This document shows positions 26,291 through 54,800 of a stretch of DNA of 64,000 nucleotides, piece after piece. A program made the position numbers and the translations under genes. Numbering within the stretch: the stretch's first letter is position 1; every line of letters begins with the position of its first letter. Below the pieces are notes generated by a model. The model saw only the letters and a list, made by a program, of their open reading frames with translations, ran no database searches and had not been told where the DNA came from. Origin of the DNA: Dysidea avara (lineage: Eukaryota); NCBI RefSeq assembly GCF_963678975.1, contig NC_089281.1, forward strand, positions 27,793,151-27,857,150. Reading direction: 5' to 3'.

Positions 26291-27238
26291 TATTGTTTCT
26301 TCCCTGTTATATAACTATGTTGCCTAAAACTTGTCTTTAAGGTGGCTTTTGTAACAAAAATTAATGATTTATGAAGTGCTCATCACCTGGGATTAGAATT
26401 GTACCAGTGCTAGTAGCCAGTACTGTATAACAGGAAATTTTGACGAAAGGAAAGTTAACTAATCTACACTACATCAATATTGACAAAGACTGTTGACGAA
26501 AATCATAAATCTAAACACCTACTTTCAGGGGACATTTGACAAATTAAAATTTACTGATTCATCCATTTTTTTTTCTTTTCATCTGTTGTATGGTATATCA
26601 TATTGCTTGGTTACTATAAACTTTACATAATCTTCAGCCCTATTATATACACACAATCATCAAGCAAGCAACACCAATTGCAATCCATCACAGGTTTGCT
26701 AAGGCTCACTCCAATAGTATCATTATTACATCCTCCACTGTTAAAAAGGTAATAAAAGACGAGTATACCTAGGTATACAAATGCCAGCATGTGTCTAGTC
26801 ACACAGCCGAGTTCTTTATTTGGTCATTTAGAGACTCACAATCATGCATGCATATGTTGATGTGATACTACTGGAAGGCTAGTTCACACACGTAAGCAAT
26901 AGAATAGCTATGTTGACAAAATTCTGCAATTAGAATGGTAACTTATCAATAATGTTGAGAACGCAAATTTCAATTAACCCGAGAAGATAAAACACTGAAA
27001 TGTTTTACCATGTGAAGCCAGTGACTGACCAAGTATGATGAAAACACCAAGCCAATAACATGTTTCTAATTGCATGGTCTCTAAATGACTTAGAAAATGC
27101 CATGGTGGCGTGTCCTCAAATGATTTGTTAAACAAATTGTCAAGCTACCAAAATGCATACAACACACACAAAATATAATTCAATCAAAAAATATAGTTCG
27201 TTATTAAAATGTTACCAAATCCTGTCACCTAAAATCCT

Positions 27239-36790
<9,552 letters not shown>

Positions 36791-36915
36791 CTTCGGTGCT
36801 TGTGAGAACTGCCGATCTAACTCCAAAAGGTATTAACTGGTGGGCGGAGCAAGAGACAGGTCATTCTGCGCATGCGTAAAAATAGCACACGCTCCTTAGC
36901 AACGTTAACGCAGTC
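36791..36915. promoter_or_regulatory. Putative bidirectional promoter between divergently transcribed MVP (ATG at 36790, minus) and the FN3 membrane-protein gene (ATG at 36916, plus).
   Basis: Only 125 bp separate the two start codons. The interval holds a GC-rich tgggcggagc and the palindromic tctgcgcatgcgta, which is close to an NRF1-type GCGCATGCGC site. Confidence 0.4.
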
Positions 36916-39900
36916 ATGCACTTAGCTGCAGCTATCTTCGCTTTCTTATTCTTTGGACCTTACACGGGTATGCTAGTATATAGACAGAATGTGGTAGTTA
37001 ATCCTGTATATTGGTGTCTGCTTGCTTTTCCTGCAGTAGTGACCGCAAACAACTACAAAGAGATACGAGTTACCCATCAACGTGTGACGTCAAGTACCAT
37101 ATATTTGCGATGGAAGAGACATTTAAGTGATGGAGAGCCTCTAACCACCTTTAAGGTACAACTATTAATGTATTTGAACAAGGTGTTTCATTTACTGTAG
37201 TGTAGGTGGAATACGTGGGTCACACAGATTATTACGATGACACTGGTGCCATACAGAACATGGTTTCACAAGGAATGGAAACTACACAGACAGATTATAT
37301 AATCCTATCCAATTTAGTACCTTGTACCAAGTACACCATTACTATCACCGGATGGAATACTGTGACAACCATTACAAGCAAACCTCAGAACCTCCAGACT
37401 TTAGCCAATGGTAACTATCACCAGCTTCACGCTGCATTTAGTTATGACAATTTGGTTTGTTCTTGCCACAGTGGTGGGGCCAGCAGCAACTCCATCTGTT
37501 GCTACTCAGATGAGGTCAGATGGTCATTCTCATGCTGTGATCACTATTGACCCAGTTGCTGAAAACATGGGCTGCAAAAAGTGAGTGCACTAATATGGCC
37601 ACAAACTTTTAACCCAATTATCAAATTCATTTTGGCAAATAAGTGCTGTTTACAATGACATTTGGTAAATGTGCATGGCTGAGTGCCAACTATGATCCAT
37701 TGAGTAATTCAAGTATAGCGTTTAATTATTCAAAAAAAGCATTTGTCAAGCATGTTACAGTACTTTTAAAAACTGTAAATTTAAAAATGAAGTAGGAATC
37801 TATGCAACAAAAAAGAGAGATGGTATAGCAGCATAGCTCAGTGGGAAAGTTCTACTTTGGCATTAAGCAAAATAATTGTTATGTCAATGTGCTAAAGTAG
37901 GAACTTTCCCACTGAGCTATGCTGCTATACCATCATTCATCTCTCTTTTTGTTGCATAGATCCCTACTTCATTTTTAAATTTACAATACTAGTTTGTTTA
38001 GTTTTTTGTTGTGTAGCACAGCTAGCTACAATGTAACTTGTGACTGTTCTATTAGAATATCATACATGACTGTTGTATTAGAGTGACTGTTGTATTAGAG
38101 TGACTGTTGTATTAGAGTATCTTGAGTCAGCCAAAAGGTGTGCAGCTAGCTAGACCAATAAGGGGTAAGGTCATTTTATTTACTGTTAAGTAAACAGCTA
38201 GATTGTTAAGAGGTGTGGTCTCTGTATTCCATCGCTATTAGTCCACCTAGATTTTTAATTAATGGGCGTGGTCGCGAACCTATTGCGAACGGGATCCCAA
38301 TCGCAAACTTGCACATATCTAGTCTTATAGTAGTGCCAGGACTGAAGTGCTTCTGAAATCCAGCTCTGAAATAATTCTGTGGCATCTATATATTGTTGCT
38401 GAAAGAAAGTGTTGATACAGAAAATTAACGCCTCGATATGGTTTCATTGGATGAAGAAGAAGACAAACAGCCTGATTGAAGATAAAAGACAAGCCGCAGA
38501 GGGCCTACACTCGTCAGAACCCCAAAAGGCACATCCGACTGGTGAGTTTGTTATTGTGGCATAAAATGGTAGTCGTACACTGCTTCGTTTGGCCTCTAGC
38601 CTTGTGACTGTGGTCAGTGAGTAGTCAGTGAGGCAGTGAGACTAAAATTCGAGTTTTGGCAATTTTAAAATTCTATATTCGGCCACCTGTAAGTGTTTTG
38701 TTATATTTTATGCTGTTTTATATATTATATGGACTAGTACTGTTCTGTAAAGGTGATTTTCGTTACGTAAAATGTCTCTAGGATGATTTTTAAAGGCAGA
38801 ATTTTGGGCGGAGTGCGACATTTTCAAGGCGATCCCTACTTAAGGTTACAGTATAGTCACGGGCAATCATTCAAAATTTTGAACTATCGATACTTTTGAG
38901 AAGTCCATAAAACCAGGCTAGCAGCGTGAAAAGTTTTAAATGAAGGTGAAGTCCTTCATATTTAATGTTTTTATGTAGCTACAGTGTAGTTTGAGGCAGG
39001 TGGAACACTACAATTTGTTGTAGTAACACATGTAAGCCATCCCGTACATCGCTCAGCTCCAGCTGTCACTACCATGTTTTTCCGCCACCAAATACAGCAA
39101 AAGCTGTAGGCTCTATTGGCATTTCTGGGGCATAGTGATACGTATATTACATTTATTAGGTCCTGTGGAAGCGTTTTTGGCATGTTTCTTCCCAGTGACT
39201 CAGATACAAACCTTCAAAGAGCTTGTTTCATTCGAAAAAAGTACTAAAAGTTCAATAAAACGCCTATACAACCAGTAACTTAAAAAATCGCTTCCACAGG
39301 ACCTATTTTTTTTTTTTTGACAGGACCTAAATATTTTAGTTGTCATGGTAACTTGTGATGAAATTATAAGGATTTTTTGTTTGTAATTACCTGGGTCAAT
39401 TATCAGCTGTGCTGTCTCGACCCAGTATATAATCATAATTCAGTAATCTGTTCGTCTGGTTTTTGGCGGGGCGTTTTTATTAAACATCGCTCTATTGTGG
39501 ACCACACACCCAAGAACAGTCGTTCTGTAGTAAAAACAAACAAGCACAATTAGTTGTATTGCTAACACCATAGATAGTATAGACTCTGGAGTCTATACTA
39601 TATATGCTTACACAACACAGTTTTTGAAATTATTTATCCCTGCTTGGGTTAAAGCAGGTTTTGTAATTTGTTCCGCCCACGCATTTTAAACTATTCCGTA
39701 ACCTTAAACGGTACTACCGTACCATTTGATACTGTCCACACAAATTTACTTCTTTGCATCAATGAGTGTTAGAGTGAAATACACACTGCAATCAGGGACA
39801 GGGGTGGAGCTACCAGTCTGTGTTGATCAGGGTTCAACCTGACCACTTATGTCCATTACCTTCTTTCTGGGATGGAGTATGCCCCCAGACTTTCCTAGGT

Positions 39901-41702
39901 GTAGCATACTACACATGCTGTGTATGCTCTGTGCATTTTGTCCTACAAAGCACCCACTGTACAATAATTGCTTAATGCCAGGTATACCAGAAATCCCTTT
40001 GGATTTTACACACTACTTGAACTTTGAAAAATTAGATATCCAGAATCTAGAATCTGTCATGAAGTAGGACACATTTTTAATCCTTTATCAGTAATGGTTT
40101 CTCACATGATGGCAACACTTGCAGTTTGGTGAAAGATTGACATACTCTAATAAAGCAGCCAGGCAATATAAACTACTCTAATAATATAACAGTCACTTAG
40201 CTGTGGTAAAAACCTCTTTTCAAAATTCCTGCGTAAGTCTCTGGTAGCTACAATCAAATTATTACCTTGTGTGTAACTCTAGTCTGATGTCTGTTTTGTA
40301 TAATGAACCATGCCAACATTCACTGTAGACACTATTAGTTGCAGTATATGCATACTTTCTAGGGAGGGGAAAATTTTTGCTTTTACACCTCCTGAAATTG
40401 ATCTTTGCCCTTCTGAAAATGTCTATTGTCTTGGTTAAAATTAAAAAGACATACAAACTATTAGTCAAAATTGGGTTTTTGAGGTTTCCAGGAACCAGTC
40501 AACTCTAATAGAGCAGTCAAACACTCTTATAAAGCAGTCACAGTGTTCTGAGCAGCAGCTATGTAGGGATTTTTATGTACTTTATCAGTGATAATACTTT
40601 TAATATAGTTAGTTGAGGGCAGTTGTTCTCAGCATGCAGTTAGCTACCTTTTTTTTGGTCTTCACCTTCTTGATCAGAAACCAGTCATCAAAAATCCTAG
40701 AACCGTCCTTGAAATTTTCTGCAGCACCATAACTGGTTACTTAACCTCTCAACTTCAAAAAACCTTATTTTGTCCCCTCTAAATGGAAGTTGTAGAAAAA
40801 TCATTGTCTTTACGGCACTGAACATTAGAATTTATCATAAAATATTATATAATAATATACACACTCATAGGTATCAAGTGATTGTAATGATGACCAGCTA
40901 CCTTAGTAGTGTTAATGAGTCACATGATACCAACCTAGAGGTAGCTCTGGCCAGTCAGCAGAATAACACCTACATCACTGCTGAATTTTCTGACTCACAC
41001 ATACCCACTACATTTGAGCTAGGAGATGGCAAGTGGTATGGAAATTATATGAACCAACCCCTAGAGCCTGGAATGTGTTACCAAACAGCAATCAGAATAG
41101 CATTCATCGAAGTACGTCATCTCTTAAACTATTAAATATAATTCCTGCACTCTGCATACAGGAAAACAGCAGGTCAGAGAATACATATAGTCCACTATCA
41201 GAACCATGGTGTTCAGGTAACTATCATGCAAACTATAACTCCCAATTATCTTATTATATTTACAGATCTACTTGTGCCAACACTGACAGCAGCTCTTGAA
41301 GGAGTCAAAAAGGGTACAGCTGTGAAGTCCCTTGCCCTAGCTGTTGGGATCATGATTTCATTGTTTGCAATTACTTTTATTGGATGGGGGATCTACCTTG
41401 TATGTCGTAAAAGAGGATTAATATTTTACTCTGACAAGTAAGAGCTCCCTTACTGTAAAAATGTTTACTTCTAAACTGTTCATAGAATAATTAAGGGTCC
41501 ATCACTGTGGAAAGTCATCAGAGGAAAAAAGGGTCCAACAATTATAGAACAGCTGGTCAAAGTCAATTACCATGATGCTCAGGATTATGATTACTGGAAT
41601 GATGAAGCTGATTTGTCTCCTGGAATTAATGAAAGCCCACATAGAAATTCTGAAACTTCACTAGAACATTTATATGATGCTCCAACAACTGATTCAGAAT
41701 AA
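36916..41702 (+). CDS. Type-I single-pass membrane protein with N-terminal signal peptide, fibronectin type III domain(s), one TM helix and a short Tyr-rich cytoplasmic tail; 7 coding exons.
   Basis: Exons, +/- 3 nt: 36916-37155 (MHLAAAIFAFLFFGPYTG...ITVTHQRVTSSTIYLRWKRHLSDGEPLTTFK); 37206-37410 (VEYVGHTDYYDDTGAIQNMVSQGMETTQTDYIILSNLVPCTKYTITITGWNTVTTITSKPQNLQTLAN; W..Y/LxxLxPxTxY FN3 pattern); 37472-37580; 40871-41111 (..FELGDGKWYGNYMNQPLEPGMCYQTAIRIAFIE); 41162-41216; 41266-41437 (TM: SLALAVGIMISLFAITFIGWGIYLVCRKRG); 41486-41702 (..YHDAQDYDYWNDEADLSPGINESPHRNSETSLEHLYDAPTTDSE*). Phases are consistent across all junctions. The 3.3-kb intron 3 (37581-40870) holds repeat copy B and other TEs. 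No kinase or phosphatase domain. Confidence 0.6.
37765..37985. repeat. Near-perfect ~95-bp-arm palindrome/foldback. The inner arms contain a tRNA A-box-like TAGCTCAGTGGG.
   Basis: ...aaatttaaaaatgaagtaggaatctatgcaacaaaaaagagagatggtatagcagcatagctcagtgggaaagttctactttggc [loop] gctaaagtaggaactttcccactgagctatgctgctataccatcattcatctctctttttgttgcatagatccctacttcatttttaaattt... Confidence 0.6.
38080..38848. mobile_element. Copy B of the ~1-kb repeat seen at 1-1030. It begins with 21-bp terminal tandem repeats (gactgttgtattagagt x3) and is interrupted near its 3' end by a nested insertion.
   Basis: Aligns to copy A block by block but lacks A's 295-655 insertion. Its 3' tail resumes at about 39706-39730 (ccttaaacggtactaccgtaccatttgatact = copy A cttaaacagtactactgtaccgtttgatact). 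Confidence 0.7.
38849..39705. mobile_element. Nested ~857-bp non-autonomous DNA-transposon-like insertion flanked by TTAA, with ~14-bp imperfect TIRs (ggttacagtatagt / actattccgtaacc).
   Basis: In copy B the sequence runs ccctacTTAA|ggttacag ... ccgtaacc|TTAAacggtact, while copy A has the uninterrupted ccctacTTAAacagtact. This is a filled versus empty site with an apparent TTAA duplication (piggyBac-like target preference). The insert also carries an internal 15-bp stem, ggtcctgtggaagcg / cgcttccacaggacc. Confidence 0.55.
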
Positions 41703-42184
41703 GCTAAGTATATTGTACAGGTATCTATGCAATTTCACACATTGTGTTCAATATTTCATAATTAAAATCTCCAAAATATATTCAAAATCAAAAATTGAAT
41801 TACAAAATATATTCAGTCATTACATACAGCTGATAAATAGTTTGTATAGCTACTGTATAAGCATTTGTATAACAAAATTCTAATTAATACACACTTTAAA
41901 TATACAAACAAGTACATATAAATACTCCATTTTTTACTGATACGTCACTCACATACAAAAGTACGTAAATAGTTAGCAATGAAATGAAAAAAGTATTAAA
42001 ATAATAAACTACATGATCTATGTGTGTTGTTAGGCCCCATCCGGTCACAATGAGCTACTTGCCTAAATAATGAACAAGAAAATATTAATACACTGATCCA
42101 GCATAATATAACTCTATTGTGAAGGTAAAATATTAGTCATCAGCTAAGAACAAGGACAACTATGATATTGCCTGAGGGTACTAG

Positions 42185-42262
42185 CTAGGACTTTTATATC
42201 CTAGTATAGTATTAGTATCCTAGTATAGTGTTAGTATCCTAGTATAGTCTAGTATAGTATTC
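42185..42262. repeat. ~21-bp tandem repeat (tcctagtatagtattagta), 3-4 copies.
   Basis: tcctagtatagtattagtatcctagtatagtgttagtatcctagtatagtctagtatagtattcc. Confidence 0.85.
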
Positions 42263-42599
42263 CACTCATTCATGGCAGCAACTTCCATAAAGCAGATCAT
42301 TGTTATAAAGCATGACCTGAGTACCATTTCACCATGCTATAACTTGTATTGTGTGTAAAATAAACATGTTCACAGAAATCCTGTTTCTCAAATAACCAGA
42401 TCCATTGTACACTATCCTATGTACAGTAAAGCCTTTTCTGAAGTTGATACTTTTTTTCAAATATTGAGCTAAGTAGCCAAAGAAGAAAATACAGCAGTGT
42501 TACATTAGCACATCTCACTCATATAATCACAATTTTAACTTTAGGTCTTTTATGCCCTCGTCTAATTGTCAAATTTTGCTAAGAAAATGTTGCTCAGTA

Positions 42600-48844
<6,245 letters not shown>

Positions 48845-51800
48845 CGCTATATCTGACGATACATCGTCGTCAAATAACCCCAAAGATTTAGGGCCCTACA
48901 ACAATAAAGAACAGTCAGGAAATAGCCACAGTACAGTAAATCTTAGTCACTACTGAAGGTGAGCAGGTCATCTTCTACACTTGTAAATGATACATTTAGA
49001 TTTGGTGGGTTTAGCCAGATGACCTTATTTGTACCAAGTTTGTTTAATGAAACCCTCTTAAAGGGCACGTACATACAACGGACATACATGGACTTAACAT
49101 CTTTACCATACACAAAGGGTAACTAGGGGCTATCTCACATGCACACACACTAAAAAATTTTATCACCTAGTACACAGAATTGTTACAGTATGCAACACAC
49201 ATTAGACTGAATATTCCAACAAAAGATGTGCACAGAAAGTTGTCAAGAATGTGCCACGTCACCACAACATTATTAACAATACAATGAATATAATACAGTA
49301 TACCTAACAACACCAATACTTCCTATTAAGGACTTGAGGTTATTTAGAACCTTATTCTTATCAAAACAAAAGTCAGGCTTCTTCATTAATACGTCACTGA
49401 TCATCCATAAACATTGTGAGGTATGAGGTTTTGTGCTTTGCAAGCATTTATCCTTTGTGGTTATGAACCATTCCCAGTATTAGGATTAGCTTCATCACTC
49501 TACCATAAGATATTTACGTACTTTCGGGAAGCATATTTCACTGCTAGTCTCATACATAAGCTCTACTCTTAGGAGATTCATTATACTTCTCCACATATGT
49601 GAAAATTAAATAGCCACAAAAAATGGCAGCAAGTTACCATTGAGACATTTCGCTGAGACACTTGTGATTGTTGTTTCAGACAGCAACTTGTTTTTTTCCC
49701 CTCGTACTTATCCTTTCTTTATACCAACAAAAACATTAACTTGATTTTAAAAACTTTCAATGATCTATAATAGTATTTCATTATTGTGAGCTACTTTTTT
49801 TGCAAAGCTTGAGGAATTGTAGTCTGTTAATGTCCAAAGGGCTCTACCACACATTGCTTCTGGCTATATGGACTCTCATGAATTTCGGATCGTCTGTTCA
49901 ACGTTTAACTAAACATTATACAGCAGGGTAACCATCCATATGCTACCAGATGCTATTAATTTGATTGGCTCAATTTCTGGCTGATTTAGAGTAAATTATA
50001 ATAAATTAAATATGCAACCACCTACAAATTTGCTACCTCCCAAGGCTTCAAATCTGGAAATCAACATACATTCAGTGGAACTAGCTCTTGAAGAATGAAG
50101 TCACATAACAGTAGTACAGTCCACATACACTCAGCTAAGTCACCGAATGTAGTCAATGTATGTTACCGAGGTGTCGACATTAGTTCAACTGCACAGAACA
50201 CTTCACATTTTGATGTTAATAATGTACCTTACATAAACCTACAGACTTTGTGCTGAAATCAGTACCAACATGAAGGTAGTAGTCATGGAAACATAAATTA
50301 GTGCAATTTAATTTCATTAAACTTCAAGCTACATACTATAAATATGGGTTATCTAATCTTTTTTCACACTCAGTATGACAGACGTAAATTTGAGAACTAA
50401 AAATTTACATGGACAATCACTGCACAAAAAAAATATCATAAAATGTATGCCCTACAAAAACTTGTGTGCATATTGCTTGTGTGCATATTGCTTGTGTACA
50501 TTCTCAGGTAACACTCAGTAGAATACACTACGTGGGTCTGTTAATGTACTGGGATATTTATAACAATGTGTTTGGAATTGACACTATTCTTGATATCCAA
50601 ACAGCATCATCATCTTGCAGTACATGTCTTCAGCACTAACTTGAATGATAGCTGTTTAGACTTTAGGACTATTACGTCTGTGGATGACCAACACACACAC
50701 AAAAAATAGTTTGCGAGTGTCTGTAATTATTTCACTCATTGGACGATCTTGTAATTGTCCAGTCAGAAGCTATATCAAATGGGAAAAAGAGTTCTTGAGA
50801 TGCATTACAGGAATTTACTTAAAAACAGCAGAAGACAGTCCAGAAGATAAGTCGTAAATATCAACTCTTGTGTTAACTTCATAAGACTTACAAAGACACA
50901 AGACTGCCTTCCAAGTGTCCAGGCAGCACACATACACATCAGTGGTCGTTTCTTTAATAATAGTGAGACCATCTCTTTATAGTGACCATGTTGAGTAGGC
51001 CTTAAATAAGACCACCCAAGGTCATACACCCAAATAAATCTGCAGTACATACGCTTACAAACATACTTCATAGCAGGATATTTTCGAGGGGGGATATATC
51101 ACGGATGACCACCATTCAAAATTTCAAGAGGGAAAATTTTTTCACTTCAAGATATTCATTAAACAATGCAGTTTTGACCAAGGTGCACATTTCAAATCTA
51201 CCAATCGTGAAACTCCCCCCCCCCCAAGAAAAACCCACCATACCACAACAAGTTATTATCAATGGAATTTTATTTTGCAAAATCGTTGGTATCAACAGCC
51301 TATAATTGAGCAATGAATATAACAACTTGGCTAGCAATTCACAAGCATAATCGTCACCATTGGTAGATCAGTTGCAAACAAATGTGAACCTTTTCTCCCT
51401 CAAAAAATTCCATTTTATGGTTATCTATACAAAGCCAAGAGATGAGACAAGCTGGACAACACATAGCTGTATCTCGTGACCAGAGACCTTGCTCAGCCTA
51501 ACACAAAACGGAAGATATCATATGCAAAGCCTTACACATGTTGAAGCTGAAGAAGTAACAGTAGAAGACCATTTTTACATTTGAGTCCAGAAATAAGAAC
51601 CCGTATCAAATTTGGTACATCACTTTGTAGCTTTCAGTAAAGACTTGTATCCCAGAATAACTTCATGTAGAAAACCTCACTACGCTCAATACACAAACAT
51701 TATCGCTAATGAATACACCAAGTAAAATCTCATTAAAAATGGCTGCTGTGGGATAGTGATGCACTGATTAATCGGTAAATAATCAGAAATCGGTTTATTG

Positions 51801-54800
51801 GCCAAATTTCAGTAATAAACCAATCAAATTTCAGCAATATCGATATTGGTAATTATTAGCAGATAATTTAGCCGATTAATTTTACTGACCCTGATGTTAT
51901 TGTTGTCATAACAAGACAAAAATAAAGTTCTACAATGGCAATTACACGTGAAACACATAACATCAAATCGGTTATCGGTATCACCCAGTATGTGAATTTC
52001 AATATCGGCTAATTGGATAATTGCAAAATCTCTTATTAGTGTATCAATACAATGAAAATATGGCTACTAAAATGACCTGGTCATAAAGAACACCTTAGCT
52101 GTTCTACGTACTTGACATGGCCACTATAATTTTTAAAAGTAGCTTGGCCACCAAATAAGCCAATATTCTTCACTTATACCAATGTAGCCAACAGCTATAA
52201 TTTGAATAACATGGAACAGTGACAGTATTAAAAGATTTACATGCATCTTAACCAATTATAAGCTTTGGAGATAGAGGAGTACTGATGACCATCCCTAGCT
52301 TGATACGCAAGAAGATATACAAGGTCGTAAGTATATCGAAGTTAAATGTGGTGGCAGAACAGATGTGCTGGCTAGGATAGAATAAAATTTTGTTTCACTA
52401 CAGTTGATTTCAAGTTGCTTGAAATGTTTCACACACGTGATTATGTGAACGTTTAAGTGTAGATTTAAATGTGTAAATAACTAACTCAGTATGCCTCTGG
52501 TGTTGTCTAACAACTTGAGGTGGCAAGTAAGCTGGTTGTGTTATTACAAGGAGCTTGGTTGTAAAGAAATAACTCACATGTGCTCCCAGACTAGGTGTGT
52601 ACATATTTGCCATGTGATCACACAAGACTGTTGTTGTTAAAATATGTGAACTAACAAACCATTGTTTGAGTTGAAAACTAACCAAGACATTGTTATACAT
52701 TGATGAAAACAGCTGGAGACAGTAGTCAGTTGTTTTACTCCAGGCATAATATGGTAGACAAGTCCATTGTGCATGCAAAACGTTGAAAATGGAATAAATC
52801 GTACAGAAAGCAGTCGAGAAATGAATCAGACAGCAATCAAACTAAATAGAATAATATTGAGTCTTCTTTGTGAAGAGTTAGTTAGGAACTCTACCGTGTA
52901 AATGAACCATAAACAATACAACAGTAGAGTTCCCTACTTTATAAGGAGCATATGGTTACTAAATAATAAAAGTTTCATATGATCACGGCCACTGGGAACT
53001 CAAGTCCATACATTGGACTGGACTTTTCACATTGAATAAATTCCACAGAAATCAGTTTAACATATCATAAAACTTGTATTACACCAGCAACATTAGTGGT
53101 TCACAGTTTTGGTGTACAATTGTTCAATTATTAATGGTTCATTTGGCAACAGCTCAATTGTCTAGGCAACAGCTCAATTGTCTAGGCAACATACAATCAG
53201 CAAACGCTATCTTATTGGGCCGCTACAATTCCAGACACACTATACAAGTACCACCAGGCCTTCTGACTACTGGTAGCAAAATATGAAGCTACAAGTTGTA
53301 TAAGACACAATTGTTACAGATGGATGGTGTTAAATTATATTGCCAAAGAATTCTTAAACGCCCTCCAACTAAACACAGAACACTTTAAAGTACAAACTAC
53401 ATTGGATACGGACACTAAGCACTAAGAATCCATTTTTGCAGCAATACAGAGCATGTGTAGAGCCAGGGTTGCTAAGTCCAAAACTTTTGTCCTTATTATG
53501 AAGGCTTTTATATTGTGTCTTATTTGGAGAGCCTTCCACAAACCCAAGGAACTGTTGTTGTTATTTAAACAAGCTATGGGTTTTACAAGCTGCAGTAAGC
53601 CATGCTGTACAACTAGTGTAACTTAGTACAACAACTTGTAATGAACTAGCTCTCCCTTGTCATTCTAGTAGCACAAATACTCCCTAATAAATAGCTATTA
53701 CAAGGGGGAAGCCATTGGTACTTGTACTTAAAGAGATCGATCAATAGTAACTAGATAACTTTAGAAGGTACTAAGTGCTTGCACTTACACCAGAAATTTC
53801 TCTCCATTCACTAACCAAAGGATGCTCTAAAAAAGTAGCTTGGTTTCAGAATTATATTTTTATAGCTCTATTTTAAATGAGTTATTAGTTTTATGGTAAA
53901 AGTGTCAAAAAGAACATCTGCAATGATGGGGTCTTACTATTATTATTATTACCACATTGAAAGCCTAGTCATTCGTGGCTCAAAATAAGTAAAAACCAGA
54001 CATCATCAATTGTTTCTGTAACAGCAAGACAAGTATCGCTTTACATAATGTATGTGGATTTATATAGCGACCAAAACTTATCATATACAAACACTTACAT
54101 CAGACTTTATGAATTCAGCATAGATTTTCTTTGCGGTCTCATTGTGTTTATCAGCCACCATCATGCGAAAATTATTCTACAGAACAATAAACTAAGTTGC
54201 CTGGTTATACAAACATGATCACCAATATCAAGTGAATAAAATGTTAAAAAACACGACAGATCAAATGTTATGCAAATGGCAGATTGATAAAGTACAAACA
54301 AAACTGTATCCCCACAACTCACTAAAGCTTGCAGGAATTCCATACAGAACATTAACTCAATCGTCTTCTGACAATACAACTTAAACAAGTTCTCCCCGAT
54401 CGGCTGGGAATCCACAATATACGTAAAATCTTTGTCTACAAATAAATACAAACACCACAATGAGTTAAAATAGAGACGCAACTGTTTATAACAAAATATA
54501 ACATTGAAATACTGTAGCTCAAATAATGGGTGCCTTCATTATAGTAACTGCATTACAGCAAAGCATTGCAGGCTACACAAGCCTCTTAGCTATATAGCTA
54601 TCTCTTAGATGCATCTATTTTTACATAGTAGCAACCTTATGGTTCATATTGAAACTTCTATATAGTAGCTGTAACATTTAAAACATGACACAGTGGACAC
54701 AACCATTTTTGACACCATTTATGTGCACTGTAATATGGGGATAAGATAGCCTGTAAAACCTACTGATACAAGGTTATAAACTTCACTATTTAACATAGAG

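Noticed and set aside
25983-26327. ORF 25983-26327(+) as an independent 114-aa gene.
   Set aside because: It is the middle, frame-shifted portion of the death-domain remnant; the alt-start Met is an artefact of the ORF caller.
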